Of a stretch of 56,182 nt of DNA, positions 9,541 to 18,990 are shown in pieces. The notes under the pieces are model-generated. The model saw only the letters and a program-made list of their open reading frames with translations, searched no databases and was not told where the DNA came from. Both the position numbers and the translations under genes were made by a program. The stretch comes from Flavobacteriaceae bacterium (lineage in GTDB: Bacteria > Bacteroidota > Bacteroidia > Chitinophagales > UBA8649). Location: positions 1 to 56,182 of the forward strand of contig JBLHMK010000003.1 in assembly GCA_047621945.1 (NCBI GenBank), in the 5' to 3' direction. The stretch's first letter is position 1; every line of letters begins with the position of its first letter.

Positions 9541-10368
9541 TTAGTATAACTCATCAAAGATGGAGGTCTCTTCAAAAGAGTCGTTAAGTATTTCATATAC
9601 GGTATGATGATAAGCTGAATGTTTGGGCAAATTGTTATGCCTTCCACCTTTAATACGGATTAAATGACTTCTCTTGTTCAACTGACTTAGCTTAAGGGCA
9701 TGTCGATATGGGATAAGTTTATCATCTGTGCCATGAATAATGAAAATAGGGCACTTCACATTTTGAATATGCTGATCGGTCCGAATGTGATAATTTAAAA
9801 TGGAGGCAACGGGTAAAAAAGGAAGGTACATTTTGATTAGATGATACATACTGTAATATGGCGAATCTAAAATCAACTTTTTAGGATGATTACTAGCTGC
9901 TAAACTAGCAGAGAATCCGGAACCGATGCTTCTTCCGTAGATTATGATATCGCTTTCCGCATAAAATTTCTTAAGATATTTATAAGCTATCTGAGTGTCT
10001 AATTCAATATTCCTTTCGGAACGTTTACCTGTTGATTTTCCAAAACCACGATAATCAATTACAAAGAAATCGAAACCCTTACTTAAAAAATCTCTTGCAT
10101 ATTTTCCCCATCCTTTAATACTTCGCGTATTTCCTTTGAAATAGAAAACGACCCCTTTGCTTTTGGGTAATTGAAAATGTAAGCCATTAATTAGCTCATC
10201 ATCTTCTGTGTCAAGAAAAAATTCGTAATGTGGATATTCAAACTGATATTTAAAATCCAAGTCTAATTTTTCAGGATGGAATAGAAAAAGTTCTTGAGTG
10301 TAGTAAAAAATCAAACAAATGCCGAGGTATACTAGAGCTATGATACCTATCCATTCTAAAATTGTCAT
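9541..10368 (-). CDS. Alpha/beta hydrolase (ABHD13/BEM46-like)
   Basis: DYRGFGKS, GRSIG nucleophile, HGTDD, GGRHN; N-terminal TM helix. Confidence 0.88.
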   Translation of the reverse strand: MTILEWIGIIALVYLGICLIFYYTQELFLFHPEKLDLDFKYQFEYPHYEFFLDTEDDELINGLHFQLPKSKGVVFYFKGNTRSIKGWGKYARDFLSKGFDFFVIDYRGFGKSTGKRSERNIELDTQIAYKYLKKFYAESDIIIYGRSIGSGFSASLAASNHPKKLILDSPYYSMYHLIKMYLPFLPVASILNYHIRTDQHIQNVKCPIFIIHGTDDKLIPYRHALKLSQLNKRSHLIRIKGGRHNNLPKHSAYHHTVYEILNDSFEETSIFDELY

Positions 10369-10413
10369 ACTGAAAGGTAGCTATAATTAACGGAAAAATA
10401 ATTTTGGAATAGA

Positions 10414-13140
10414 CTAAAAGTTAAACTCTAAGGTGTCGCCTGGTTTGAATTTGTCAGAGTCCTTTGCATCAGGTTTTTCTTCAGATTTTGGTTCAGCCTT
10501 AATTGGCTCTTTTTCAAGCTTGACTTCTGTTTGATCTATAACCTCCGCTTCCTCAACTGGGTCAGGGATTACTTTTTCAGGCTCCTTTTCTTCAGGTATT
10601 ACTGGTTTCTCGACTTCAAGTAATTTGATTTTCCCACTAATTGGATAAGCGCTTAATTTGTTGCCGAGTGCTTTCCACCCTTTTACATCAATAAACTCAT
10701 GAAGATCTACTTGTTCTTCTATTTTTTCTTTACTCTTTCCTTTTAAAACATTGAACTGAACTGTGGCTTGATCTTCTGAAGAAACGACTGCAATGCTGGA
10801 TCTTTTATGATCAGTAATAAAGTGAAATTTTTGTCCTTCACTTTTAGTTTCTATATGGAATCTCTTTACATAATGCTCCTTTGATTCACCATCATAGTAG
10901 ATGCAAGAAATTGCGCGTTCTTCTTGATATTTTTCTACTAGGAGAATGTTCGCCATATCATATCGATGGGATAACTCAAAATTAGTCAACTCATATTCGC
11001 CTGCTTTAAAAACAATCAATATTTGATCTCCAGTATTGAAATTTCCTAAGTAATCACCCCGTTCATCTTTGTTTAAACGACCCACAGTTTGGTCTATCCA
11101 AATATCTACACCACCTAAGGTTGATGCACCTAAGGATTTTTGTTCTACCTTTCGAATAGGGTACTTAGTAATAACATTACCTGCAGAATTTCTTCCCTTT
11201 ATCGATAATTCCCCAAAGTCATAATCGAATTGTTTTTGACGGGCTTTTGCGTTTGCACTTAATTGTATGCTTACAATTTCTTCTTCGCTATTTGGGTGAA
11301 CAGCAAAGTAAATTACTTTAGCCTTATCCGACTTAGTAAGCGGGTACTCTTTATCTCTGGTAATCGATGTTACAGCAAATCTTTTTACATAATTCTTACC
11401 ATCTGGGAGGTTGGCATAGATCAAGTGGTAAATGGTTCGTTCATCGCCTTTTTTCCAGACTGCTACATGAAGGATATCTTTCCCCACGAATTTTTTGTCT
11501 TCGATTCTAGAGACGACCATAGCACCATCTTTTCGAAAGATAATTACATCATCAATATCGCTGCAATCACAGACAAAATCGTCCTTTTTCAATCCAAAGC
11601 CAATAAATCCTTCAGCACGATTGACGTACAATTTGGAGTTGATTGCAGCTACTTGGCTGATTTCGATGTTTTCAAAGTTGCGAATTTCAGTTTTTCGCTC
11701 TTGCCCTTTACCATACTTCGTTAACAAGTTGTCAAAATAGGCAATCGCATAATCTGTTAAGTTTGCCAAATGATGAGCAACAACTTCTAATTCTTTTTCC
11801 AAATTCTTGATGTACTCATCCGCTTTGAATGAATCAAACTTGGAAATTCGTTTTATTTTTATTTCTGTAAGCTTAGCAATATCCTCATCCGTGAGATCTC
11901 GAATCAAGCTTATGGCATCCTTATCTTTACTAGGCTTTGAAGGGGTAGAAATGAATTTGTAAAGACCGGTATAGATGTTTTGAATTACTTCTTCCCAAGT
12001 TTCAGCTTCCTCTATATCTCGATAAATTCTATGCTCAATAAAAATCTTCTCAAGAGAAGACATGTGCCATTTTTCATTAAGCTCAGTTTGCTTAATTTCT
12101 AACTCTCTTTTAAGTAAAGCCTTGGTGTTCTCTGTGGAGGTTTGAAGTATATCTTCAACACTCAAGAAATGCGGTTTATCATTGATAATTACGCAAGCGT
12201 TCGGTGAAATACTTTGTTCACATTGTGTAAAAGCATAAAGCGCATCAATAGTCACATCAGGAGAAACGCCTGCTTGCAATTCTATTTCTATTTCGACGTC
12301 CTTAGCGGTATTGTCGACTATCTTTTTAATTTTAATTTTTCCTTTATCCCCAGCTTTAATGATTGAGTCAATTAAGGAAGATGTGGTGGTCGCGAATGGG
12401 ATTTCTTTAATCTTTAAAAACTTCTTATCGCTTACTTCAATTTTCGCTCTAACTTTCACTTTACCACCTCGCTTACCCGCATGGTAATCATTGACATCTA
12501 CATACCCTCCAGTATCGAAATCAGGGTAAATTGTTACTTTTTTACCTTTTAAGATTTTGATAGAAGCTTGAATTAGCTCGATGAAATTATGTGGAAGAAT
12601 TTTAGTAGAAAGACCTACAGCAATCCCTTCCACTCCTTGAGAAAGTAAAAGAGGAAACTTAGCTGGCAAAGCAAGAGGTTCATTTTTTCTACCATCATAT
12701 GATAGTTGCCAATCCGTGGTTTCTTTATTAAAAAGAACATCTAAGGCGAACTTGGTTAAACGAGCTTCAATATATCTTGGCGCTGCAGCTCTATCGCCAG
12801 TTCGAACATCTCCCCAGTTTCCCTGGCAATCAATCAATAAGTTCTTTTGTCCTAGCTTGACTAATGCATCGCCGATGGCGGCATCCCCGTGTGGGTGATA
12901 TTGCATGGTTTGACCGATGATATTCGCAACTTTATGAAAACGACCATCATCCATTTCCTTCATGGCATGCAAGATTCTTCTTTGAACGGGTTTCATCCCG
13001 TCATTGATAAGTGGAACGGCACGCTCAAGAATAACATAACTGGCATAGTCCAAGAACCAATCTTGGTACATTCCATCTACCTTGATTACATTACTTGGAT
13101 TCTGCGCTGAATTATCTTCGTTCTGATTGATTTCGTCCAT
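10414..13140 (-). CDS. parC: DNA topoisomerase IV subunit A
   Basis: DGMKPVQRR, YHPHGD and AAAPRYIEARL (catalytic Tyr); Bacteroidota-type ParC with long C-terminal region. Confidence 0.92.
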   Translation of the reverse strand: MDEINQNEDNSAQNPSNVIKVDGMYQDWFLDYASYVILERAVPLINDGMKPVQRRILHAMKEMDDGRFHKVANIIGQTMQYHPHGDAAIGDALVKLGQKNLLIDCQGNWGDVRTGDRAAAPRYIEARLTKFALDVLFNKETTDWQLSYDGRKNEPLALPAKFPLLLSQGVEGIAVGLSTKILPHNFIELIQASIKILKGKKVTIYPDFDTGGYVDVNDYHAGKRGGKVKVRAKIEVSDKKFLKIKEIPFATTTSSLIDSIIKAGDKGKIKIKKIVDNTAKDVEIEIELQAGVSPDVTIDALYAFTQCEQSISPNACVIINDKPHFLSVEDILQTSTENTKALLKRELEIKQTELNEKWHMSSLEKIFIEHRIYRDIEEAETWEEVIQNIYTGLYKFISTPSKPSKDKDAISLIRDLTDEDIAKLTEIKIKRISKFDSFKADEYIKNLEKELEVVAHHLANLTDYAIAYFDNLLTKYGKGQERKTEIRNFENIEISQVAAINSKLYVNRAEGFIGFGLKKDDFVCDCSDIDDVIIFRKDGAMVVSRIEDKKFVGKDILHVAVWKKGDERTIYHLIYANLPDGKNYVKRFAVTSITRDKEYPLTKSDKAKVIYFAVHPNSEEEIVSIQLSANAKARQKQFDYDFGELSIKGRNSAGNVITKYPIRKVEQKSLGASTLGGVDIWIDQTVGRLNKDERGDYLGNFNTGDQILIVFKAGEYELTNFELSHRYDMANILLVEKYQEERAISCIYYDGESKEHYVKRFHIETKSEGQKFHFITDHKRSSIAVVSSEDQATVQFNVLKGKSKEKIEEQVDLHEFIDVKGWKALGNKLSAYPISGKIKLLEVEKPVIPEEKEPEKVIPDPVEEAEVIDQTEVKLEKEPIKAEPKSEEKPDAKDSDKFKPGDTLEFNF

Positions 13141-13203
13141 TTAATCTTTGGTCTTTACCCGGCATGATAAGCACAAATAGGTTTAACACGCCTTCAACAG
13201 ATG

Positions 13204-13211
13204 CAAAGATA
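13204..13211 (-). promoter_or_regulatory. -7 element TATCTTTG for parC
   Basis: CAAAGATA on + strand upstream of the parC start. Confidence 0.55.
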
Positions 13212-13292
13212 AATGCTTTTAAATATTACAAAAGCATTTCTATCCACACCTTTCTAAGTATAACTAATAAAAATGGAGCAAGTACTGAACAA

Positions 13293-13754
13293 CTATTGAC
13301 TCAATAGCTCTTTAATCTGCTCAGTTGCCGCTTTGGTTTTTACTTTTGAAATAACCTCAATTATCTTATCATTCTCATCAATAAGGAAAGTTGTTCGATG
13401 TGTTCCATCATATTCTCTGCCCATAAATTTTTTCTTACCCCAGACTCCATAAGCATGATGTACAGTCAAATCGGTGTCTGCAATTAAGGAGAACGGAAGG
13501 TCGTATTTATCAATGAATTTTAAATGCGATTTTTCACCTTGACTGCTTACACCAATAACAACGAATCCCATATCTTGGAGTTCGCTAAAATGGTCCCTAA
13601 AGTTACATGCATTTGCGGTGCATCCCGGTGTGTTGTCTTTTGGATAGAAGTAAAGGATTTTCTTTTTTCCTTTAAATTGATCCAAGCTGATGGTGGCCCC
13701 ATTTTGATCTATTGCTTCAAAGCTAGGTGCTTTATCGCCATGTTGTAAATTCAT
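13293..13754 (-). CDS. bcp: Thioredoxin-dependent thiol peroxidase (BCP/PrxQ)
   Basis: YFYPKDNTPGCTANAC and RTTFLID motifs. Confidence 0.95.
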   Translation of the reverse strand: MNLQHGDKAPSFEAIDQNGATISLDQFKGKKKILYFYPKDNTPGCTANACNFRDHFSELQDMGFVVIGVSSQGEKSHLKFIDKYDLPFSLIADTDLTVHHAYGVWGKKKFMGREYDGTHRTTFLIDENDKIIEVISKVKTKAATEQIKELLSQ

Positions 13755-13786
13755 TTATCTGTTGTTTATTTATTCATTTAACGATT

Positions 13787-13794
13787 CAAAGATA
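13787..13794 (-). promoter_or_regulatory. -7 element TATCTTTG for bcp
   Basis: CAAAGATA on + strand in the divergent bcp/nif3 intergenic region. Confidence 0.55.
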
Positions 13795-13860
13795 AAGTTT
13801 GTTCGTCTTTAGACAATTACTTCCTTAGAAACCTCATAAAATCTCAGTAAATTTACTTTT

Positions 13861-14958
13861 ATGATTATACAAGAGCTTATTAATTTTTTGGAAGAAATAG
13901 CCCCTCCAGCTTTACAAGAAAGTTATGATAACGCTGGTTTGATTGTTGGTGACGCTAAACAAGAGTTTACGAAAGCCATTGTTTGTTTGGATGCCATCGA
14001 AGAAGTTATTGATGAAGCTATTCAAAAAGGGGCAAATTTGGTTATTGCTCATCATCCTATTGTATTTAGTGGCATCAAGAAACTGAATGGCAAAAATTAC
14101 GTGGAGAGAACGGTCATCAAAGCGATTAAGAATGATATAGCAATCTATGCTATCCATACCAACCTAGATAATGTTAATGATGGCGTTAACAAAAAGATTG
14201 CGGATAAGTTAGGGCTCGAGGATGTGGAAATTTTATCTCCTAAAATGAATTGCCTTTCGAAAGTAGTGTGCTTTGTCCCATTGAATGCAAAGAAGAAGGT
14301 ATTGCAAGCCATGTTTGAGGCTGGTGCTGGTCGAATTGGTAATTATAGTGAAGCTAGTTTTTCACATGAAGGTGAGGGGACGTTTAAAGGGAATTCAAGT
14401 AGTAAGCCCGCTATAGGAGAGCTTAATAAACTAGAAAAAGTAAAAGAAGCCAGAGTGGAGGTTTTGGTGGAAAATTATAGGTTGAGTAAGGTGCTAAGCG
14501 CTATGCAAGATGAACATCCTTATGAAGAGGTCGCTTATGATGTTATTGAATTGAAAAATGTACATAATGAAATAGGTGCAGGAATGATTGGAGTTCTCCC
14601 TAAAGAACTGGAGGTTTCACAATTTTTTAAAATGCTTCAGGAGGAATTTCAGGTGCCTGTTGTACGACACACCACTTTTGTAAAGGATAAAATAAGGCGA
14701 GTTGCATTATGTGGCGGGTCTGGAAGTTTTTTGCTTTCCTTGGCGAAACGAAAAAATGCAGATGTTTTTTTAACAGGTGATTTTAGGTACCATGAATTTT
14801 TTGATGCTGATAATCAGTTGATTATAGCAGATGTCGGGCACTACGAAAGTGAACAATTTACTTCCGAGCTTTTAATAGAGAATTTGAACAAAAAATTTCG
14901 TAATTTTGCATTCCTTTTGACGGAAATAAACACAAATCCAGTAAACTATTTTATATAA
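13861..14958 (+). CDS. Nif3-like dinuclear metal center protein (DUF34) with PII-like insertion
   Basis: QESYDNAGL, AHHP, HTNLD, HPYEEVAYD and GHYESE motifs. Confidence 0.93.
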   Translation: MIIQELINFLEEIAPPALQESYDNAGLIVGDAKQEFTKAIVCLDAIEEVIDEAIQKGANLVIAHHPIVFSGIKKLNGKNYVERTVIKAIKNDIAIYAIHTNLDNVNDGVNKKIADKLGLEDVEILSPKMNCLSKVVCFVPLNAKKKVLQAMFEAGAGRIGNYSEASFSHEGEGTFKGNSSSKPAIGELNKLEKVKEARVEVLVENYRLSKVLSAMQDEHPYEEVAYDVIELKNVHNEIGAGMIGVLPKELEVSQFFKMLQEEFQVPVVRHTTFVKDKIRRVALCGGSGSFLLSLAKRKNADVFLTGDFRYHEFFDADNQLIIADVGHYESEQFTSELLIENLNKKFRNFAFLLTEINTNPVNYFI

Positions 14959-14964
14959 ATACAG

Positions 14965-15711
14965 ATGGCAAAGAAAGAACTTACAGCAGCGGAAAAAATG
15001 GGAGCCTTGAACAATCTTCAAAAGATTGATACAAAAATTGATAAAATTCAGACTCTAAAAGGTGAGCTTCCAATGGAAGTTGAGGACTTAGAAGATGAGT
15101 TAGCAGGTCTTAATACTCGTATTGGTAAAATCGATGATGAGATTAAGGAAGTTGAAGAAGAATTAAGCGGTAGAGAAATTTCAATAAAAAAATCTAATGA
15201 GCTAATCAGCAAGTATGAGAAGCAAATGGATAATGTAAAGAATAGTCGTGAATTTGACGCATTGACTAAAGAAGTTGGAATGCAGAAGCTAGAGATTCAA
15301 TTAGCTGAAAAGAAAATCAGACATGCTAAAGAAAACTTGGATAGCAAGAAAGCTTACTTTGATGAAAGTAAAGCAAAAGTTGCTGGTTTTGACGAGCAAT
15401 TGAAAGAGAAGCAAGAAGAACTAGAGCGTATTACTAAGGAAACTGATGCTGAAGAAAAGTCATTGGTGACTAAATCTGAAAAAGCACGTGGAAAAGTTGA
15501 AGAGTCATTATTAAAAGCTTACGATCGTATTCGTAAAGCATATAAAGATGGTTTAGCTATAGTAAGTGTAGAAAGAGATTCATGCGGTGGCTGCCATGCA
15601 ACTATCCCACCTCAAGTTCAAATTGACATTGATGATCAAAAGAAAATTATTATTTGTGAGCATTGTGGAAGAATATTAGTTCCAGATTACGAAGTTGTAA
15701 AGCAACTATAA
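14965..15711 (+). CDS. Coiled-coil C4-type zinc-ribbon protein (DUF164/CT398-like)
   Basis: Long coiled coil; CGGCH...CEHCGRIL; usual partner of nif3. Confidence 0.9.
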   Translation: MAKKELTAAEKMGALNNLQKIDTKIDKIQTLKGELPMEVEDLEDELAGLNTRIGKIDDEIKEVEEELSGREISIKKSNELISKYEKQMDNVKNSREFDALTKEVGMQKLEIQLAEKKIRHAKENLDSKKAYFDESKAKVAGFDEQLKEKQEELERITKETDAEEKSLVTKSEKARGKVEESLLKAYDRIRKAYKDGLAIVSVERDSCGGCHATIPPQVQIDIDDQKKIIICEHCGRILVPDYEVVKQL

Positions 15712-15730
15712 GCAAATAAATACTTACGAG

Positions 15731-15765
15731 AAGCCCAATTTTGACATTCAAAATTGGGCTTTTTT
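15731..15765 (+). terminator. Rho-independent terminator
   Basis: Perfect 14-bp stem AAGCCCAATTTTGA-cat-TCAAAATTGGGCTT followed by a T tract, about 20 nt after the stop. Confidence 0.88.
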
Positions 15766-15795
15766 ATGAATAGGCATGTATTTAGGCTAAACATT

Positions 15796-16260
15796 ATGAT
15801 GGATACAAGTATTATTTTAAGCATTTTTTTAGGAGTCGGATTGTTTGCCGCAGTAGAATTTAGAGTTTTTATGCCTTTGATAGCTTTAAGTGTGGCTAAT
15901 TATTTTGGGGTAGTGCCTCTTGGTTAATCCTTTGCTTGGTCGGCGCTTTTCCTGCCATGATTGCTTTGGGAATTGCCGCAGTTTTGGAAATTGGAGCATA
16001 CTATATTCCATGGATAGATAACTTGTTGGAAACTGCAGCGGTGCATTTAGCAGCAATTGCCATAACCGGAGTTATAGCGGCAAGCTTAACTGATATAAGT
16101 CCCATGCTGACTTGGAGCTTCTCTTATGATGCTGTTTTTAGCAATCTTCGCTCCGGTAATCGCGATATTCTTTGTTGGATTGATTTTATTCTTCTTGTAT
16201 AAGTTTGTACGAAAATTTACAAAAAGGAAAGAAGCGAATTCTGTTCCAGATATTCAGTAG
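15796..16260 (+). pseudogene. DUF4126-family membrane protein pseudogene
   Basis: MMDTSIILSIFLGVGLFAAVEFRVFMPL ends at in-frame TAA 15925; frameshift into ...EIGAYYIPWIDNLLE...SPMLTWS; second frameshift with apparent internal deletion, then LAIFAPVIAIFFVGLILFFLYKFVRKF...TAG 16260. Confidence 0.75.
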
Positions 16261-16273
16261 ATCCGCTCTTTGA

Positions 16274-16668
16274 CTAGTTCAAAGATTTATGGTTTCTTTT
16301 AATCATCGCATTACTTTTCAAAAACCCTAGAGCCGAATAAAAACTTATTAGATCGTCGTCACAACTCAACCATTTACAAATGCTTGAGTTGCTCGTCCAT
16401 ATGTTCAGCTAATATTTTTTCCTACACCTTGTTTTTGATAGCTTGGCAGGACTTCAATTAAGGGGAGATACGCGGATAAAGTTTTATCTGAAATCGCATT
16501 AATGAAGCCTATCACTTTTTGATTCTGGATAGCCATTGTGATTTATGCGCTATTTTTAAGTATGGCAAACAATGTTTGCATTGAAGGTGGATTTGGCCAA
16601 GCAACAAAAAATTCTTCCATCATATTTTCAGGAAGAAGTCCTAAGGAGTTTTGGTAGATGAGAGCCAT
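16274..16668 (-). pseudogene. GNAT N-acetyltransferase pseudogene
   Basis: MALIYQNSL...FFVAWPNPPS...*...VIGFINAISDKTLSAYLPLIEVLPSYQKQGVGK (acetyl-CoA motif QxxGxG), then frameshifts to ...CDDDLISFYSALGF; stops at 16543-16545 and 16374-16376. Confidence 0.75.
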
Positions 16669-16680
16669 AATCTAAGCTAG

Positions 16681-17364
16681 TTAGTCTACAATTCTCTCTT
16701 CATTACTAAAAGCAAACCCTAAACGCTTACTTGTTTTATGCGTTATCGTTCCAGTTTGTTGAATTCGTTCTCCTACAGTAATTTCTTTAATTTCTTGATA
16801 CAGAGGCACCCATAAATCAAAATCAATAGAGAAAATCATAGCTTGTTCAATAACTAAAGCTAGGACATCCTTGTTCATAACTAGATTGTCGAAGTCTTTA
16901 AATAAGAAGCCTAATTGATCTTCACCCTCTATGAAAAAATGACCTTCATGATTAATGAAAATCCGAGCTACTAAATAGCCCGAATCACCATAACGCGAAT
17001 ATTTAAAAGAGTCAGCAAGGAAATTATACACTTCAATCATTCCACAATACTTTCTATTTTCATCTTCAAGTACATAGGGAGATTGGTGAATAAAAAACTC
17101 ATCTGGAAAATTAAAAACGTTCGTGTGCATGTTAAAAGTTAAAACATCTCCGGCAAATTGCAGCTCAGCTTCAAATTTCCCATTTTCGCTATACTTTATA
17201 TCAAACAAATCTTCCTTACACATATTGTTAAGGTCTTTCGAATGTTGTTCGATAACCTCTTTTAATTCATCAAAAACGGAAAGTGTTTTTTGATAAACCT
17301 TTTGCTTAAGGTTCCCTTTCCCTTTTAAGTGAAGTCCAATTTGTTCTAGATTCGTATTTTTCAT
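16681..17364 (-). CDS. Conserved hypothetical protein (Bacteroidota)
   Basis: 227-aa intact ORF; FAGDVLTFNMHTNVFNF and GYLVARIFINHEGHFFIEG look like conserved blocks; function unknown. Confidence 0.75.
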   Translation of the reverse strand: MKNTNLEQIGLHLKGKGNLKQKVYQKTLSVFDELKEVIEQHSKDLNNMCKEDLFDIKYSENGKFEAELQFAGDVLTFNMHTNVFNFPDEFFIHQSPYVLEDENRKYCGMIEVYNFLADSFKYSRYGDSGYLVARIFINHEGHFFIEGEDQLGFLFKDFDNLVMNKDVLALVIEQAMIFSIDFDLWVPLYQEIKEITVGERIQQTGTITHKTSKRLGFAFSNEERIVD

Positions 17365-17412
17365 ATATTCAATTTCTTAGGAAACAAACTATAAAATCCA
17401 TAAGTTCAATGC

Positions 17413-18894
17413 TTAATAGGCTCGAGCAAAAATAACTTTATGTTTTGCTTCCTTACCAGAATAAACACATGGTCCAGTTGGCACATTATCGTCTAGAGGA
17501 ATACACCTAATAGTTGCGCCTGTTTCTTCTTTTATTTTTTCTTCTGTTTCGGAACTTCCATCCCAGTTCGCTACAATAAATCCACCCTTATTCTCTAATA
17601 CATCTTTGAATTCAGCAATATTACTTGCTTGATGAGTATTGCTTGAGCGATGTTCTTGAGCTCTCGTAAGTAGATTGTTTTCAATATCTTTCAACAAACC
17701 ACTAATTGTTCCTACAATATCTTCGCTAGACTGAGTTTCTTTTTCTTTAGTATCTCTTCTAGCTATTTCTACTGTTCCATTTTCTAAATCTCTTGGACCA
17801 ATTACAATTCGAGTTGGATATCCTTTAAGTTCATATTCAGCAAATTTAAATCCTGGACGTTTAGTTTCATCATCGTCAATTTGAACACGCATTCCAGCTT
17901 TTCTTAAATCCTCAGCCATTTGCTGTGCTTTCTCCATCAACTGATCATTAATCTCCGGTTTGTTCTTCAAGAAGAATGGGATAATTACAGCGTGAAAGGG
18001 GGCTAGTTTAGGAGGAAGGATTAAACCTTCATCATCACTATGAGTCATTATTAATGCGCCCATTAATCTAGTGGAAACTCCCCAAGATGTTGCCCATACA
18101 TATTCCTCTTTCCCTTCTTTATCTGCAAACTTCACATCAAAAGCTTTGGCAAAATTCTGCCCAAGAAAATGACTAGTACCGGCTTGCAATGCTTTACCAT
18201 CTTGCATCAAGGCCTCAATGCAATAAGTCTCTACTGCACCAGCGAAACGTTCATTCGCACTTTTTAATCCTTTGATTACAGGCATGGCCATCATGTTTTC
18301 TGCAAACTCAGCGTAAACATCCAGCATCTTTTCTGCTTCATCAATAGCTTCTTGCTGTAAAGCATGAGCAGTATGCCCTTCTTGCCATAAGAATTCAGAA
18401 GTTCTTAGAAACAACCTAGTTCTTAATTCCCATCTTACCACGTTGGCCCATTGGTTAATTAGTAATGGAAGGTCTCTATAAGATTGAATCCAATTCTTGT
18501 AAGAATTCCAAATGATTGTTTCTGAAGTGGGTCGAACAATAAGTTCTTCTTCCAATTTAGCATCAGGATCAACAATTAGGCCTTTCCCGTCAGGAGAGTT
18601 TTTTAATCGATAATGAGTAACTACGGCACATTCTTTTGCAAAACCCTCAACGTGCTCTGCTTCTTTACTCAAATAACTTTTTGGGATGAATAAAGGAAAG
18701 TATGCATTTACATGCCCTGTCTCTTTAAAACGCTTGTCTAAAGCTTCTTTCATTAACTCCCAGATTGCAAAACCATAAGGTTTGATAACCATACAACCGC
18801 GAACATCACTGTGTTCAGCAAGGCCTGATTTTAATACAAGTTCATTGTACCATTGGGAATAATCGTCCTTTCGCTTTGTTAAACCTTTACTCAT
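17413..18894 (-). CDS. proS: Proline--tRNA ligase (archaeal/eukaryote-like type)
   Basis: [30 protein letters not shown] and C-terminal FARAY. Confidence 0.97.
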   Translation of the reverse strand: MSKGLTKRKDDYSQWYNELVLKSGLAEHSDVRGCMVIKPYGFAIWELMKEALDKRFKETGHVNAYFPLFIPKSYLSKEAEHVEGFAKECAVVTHYRLKNSPDGKGLIVDPDAKLEEELIVRPTSETIIWNSYKNWIQSYRDLPLLINQWANVVRWELRTRLFLRTSEFLWQEGHTAHALQQEAIDEAEKMLDVYAEFAENMMAMPVIKGLKSANERFAGAVETYCIEALMQDGKALQAGTSHFLGQNFAKAFDVKFADKEGKEEYVWATSWGVSTRLMGALIMTHSDDEGLILPPKLAPFHAVIIPFFLKNKPEINDQLMEKAQQMAEDLRKAGMRVQIDDDETKRPGFKFAEYELKGYPTRIVIGPRDLENGTVEIARRDTKEKETQSSEDIVGTISGLLKDIENNLLTRAQEHRSSNTHQASNIAEFKDVLENKGGFIVANWDGSSETEEKIKEETGATIRCIPLDDNVPTGPCVYSGKEAKHKVIFARAY

Positions 18895-18934
18895 CGGAAT
18901 TTATTTGGTATGCTATTTGTTATATTTATGATGG

Positions 18935-18942
18935 CAAAAGTA
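18935..18942 (-). promoter_or_regulatory. -7 element TACTTTTG for proS
   Basis: CAAAAGTA on + strand about 40 nt upstream of the proS ATG. Confidence 0.55.
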
Positions 18943-18990
18943 AAGAAATTAAAATTTTTGCCGTCTTTAACCACTATAAAAATATATGCC

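Noticed and set aside
11263-13110. Antisense ORFs (up to 153 aa) within parC
   Set aside because: Shadow ORFs opposite a conserved essential gene, with no recognisable motifs.
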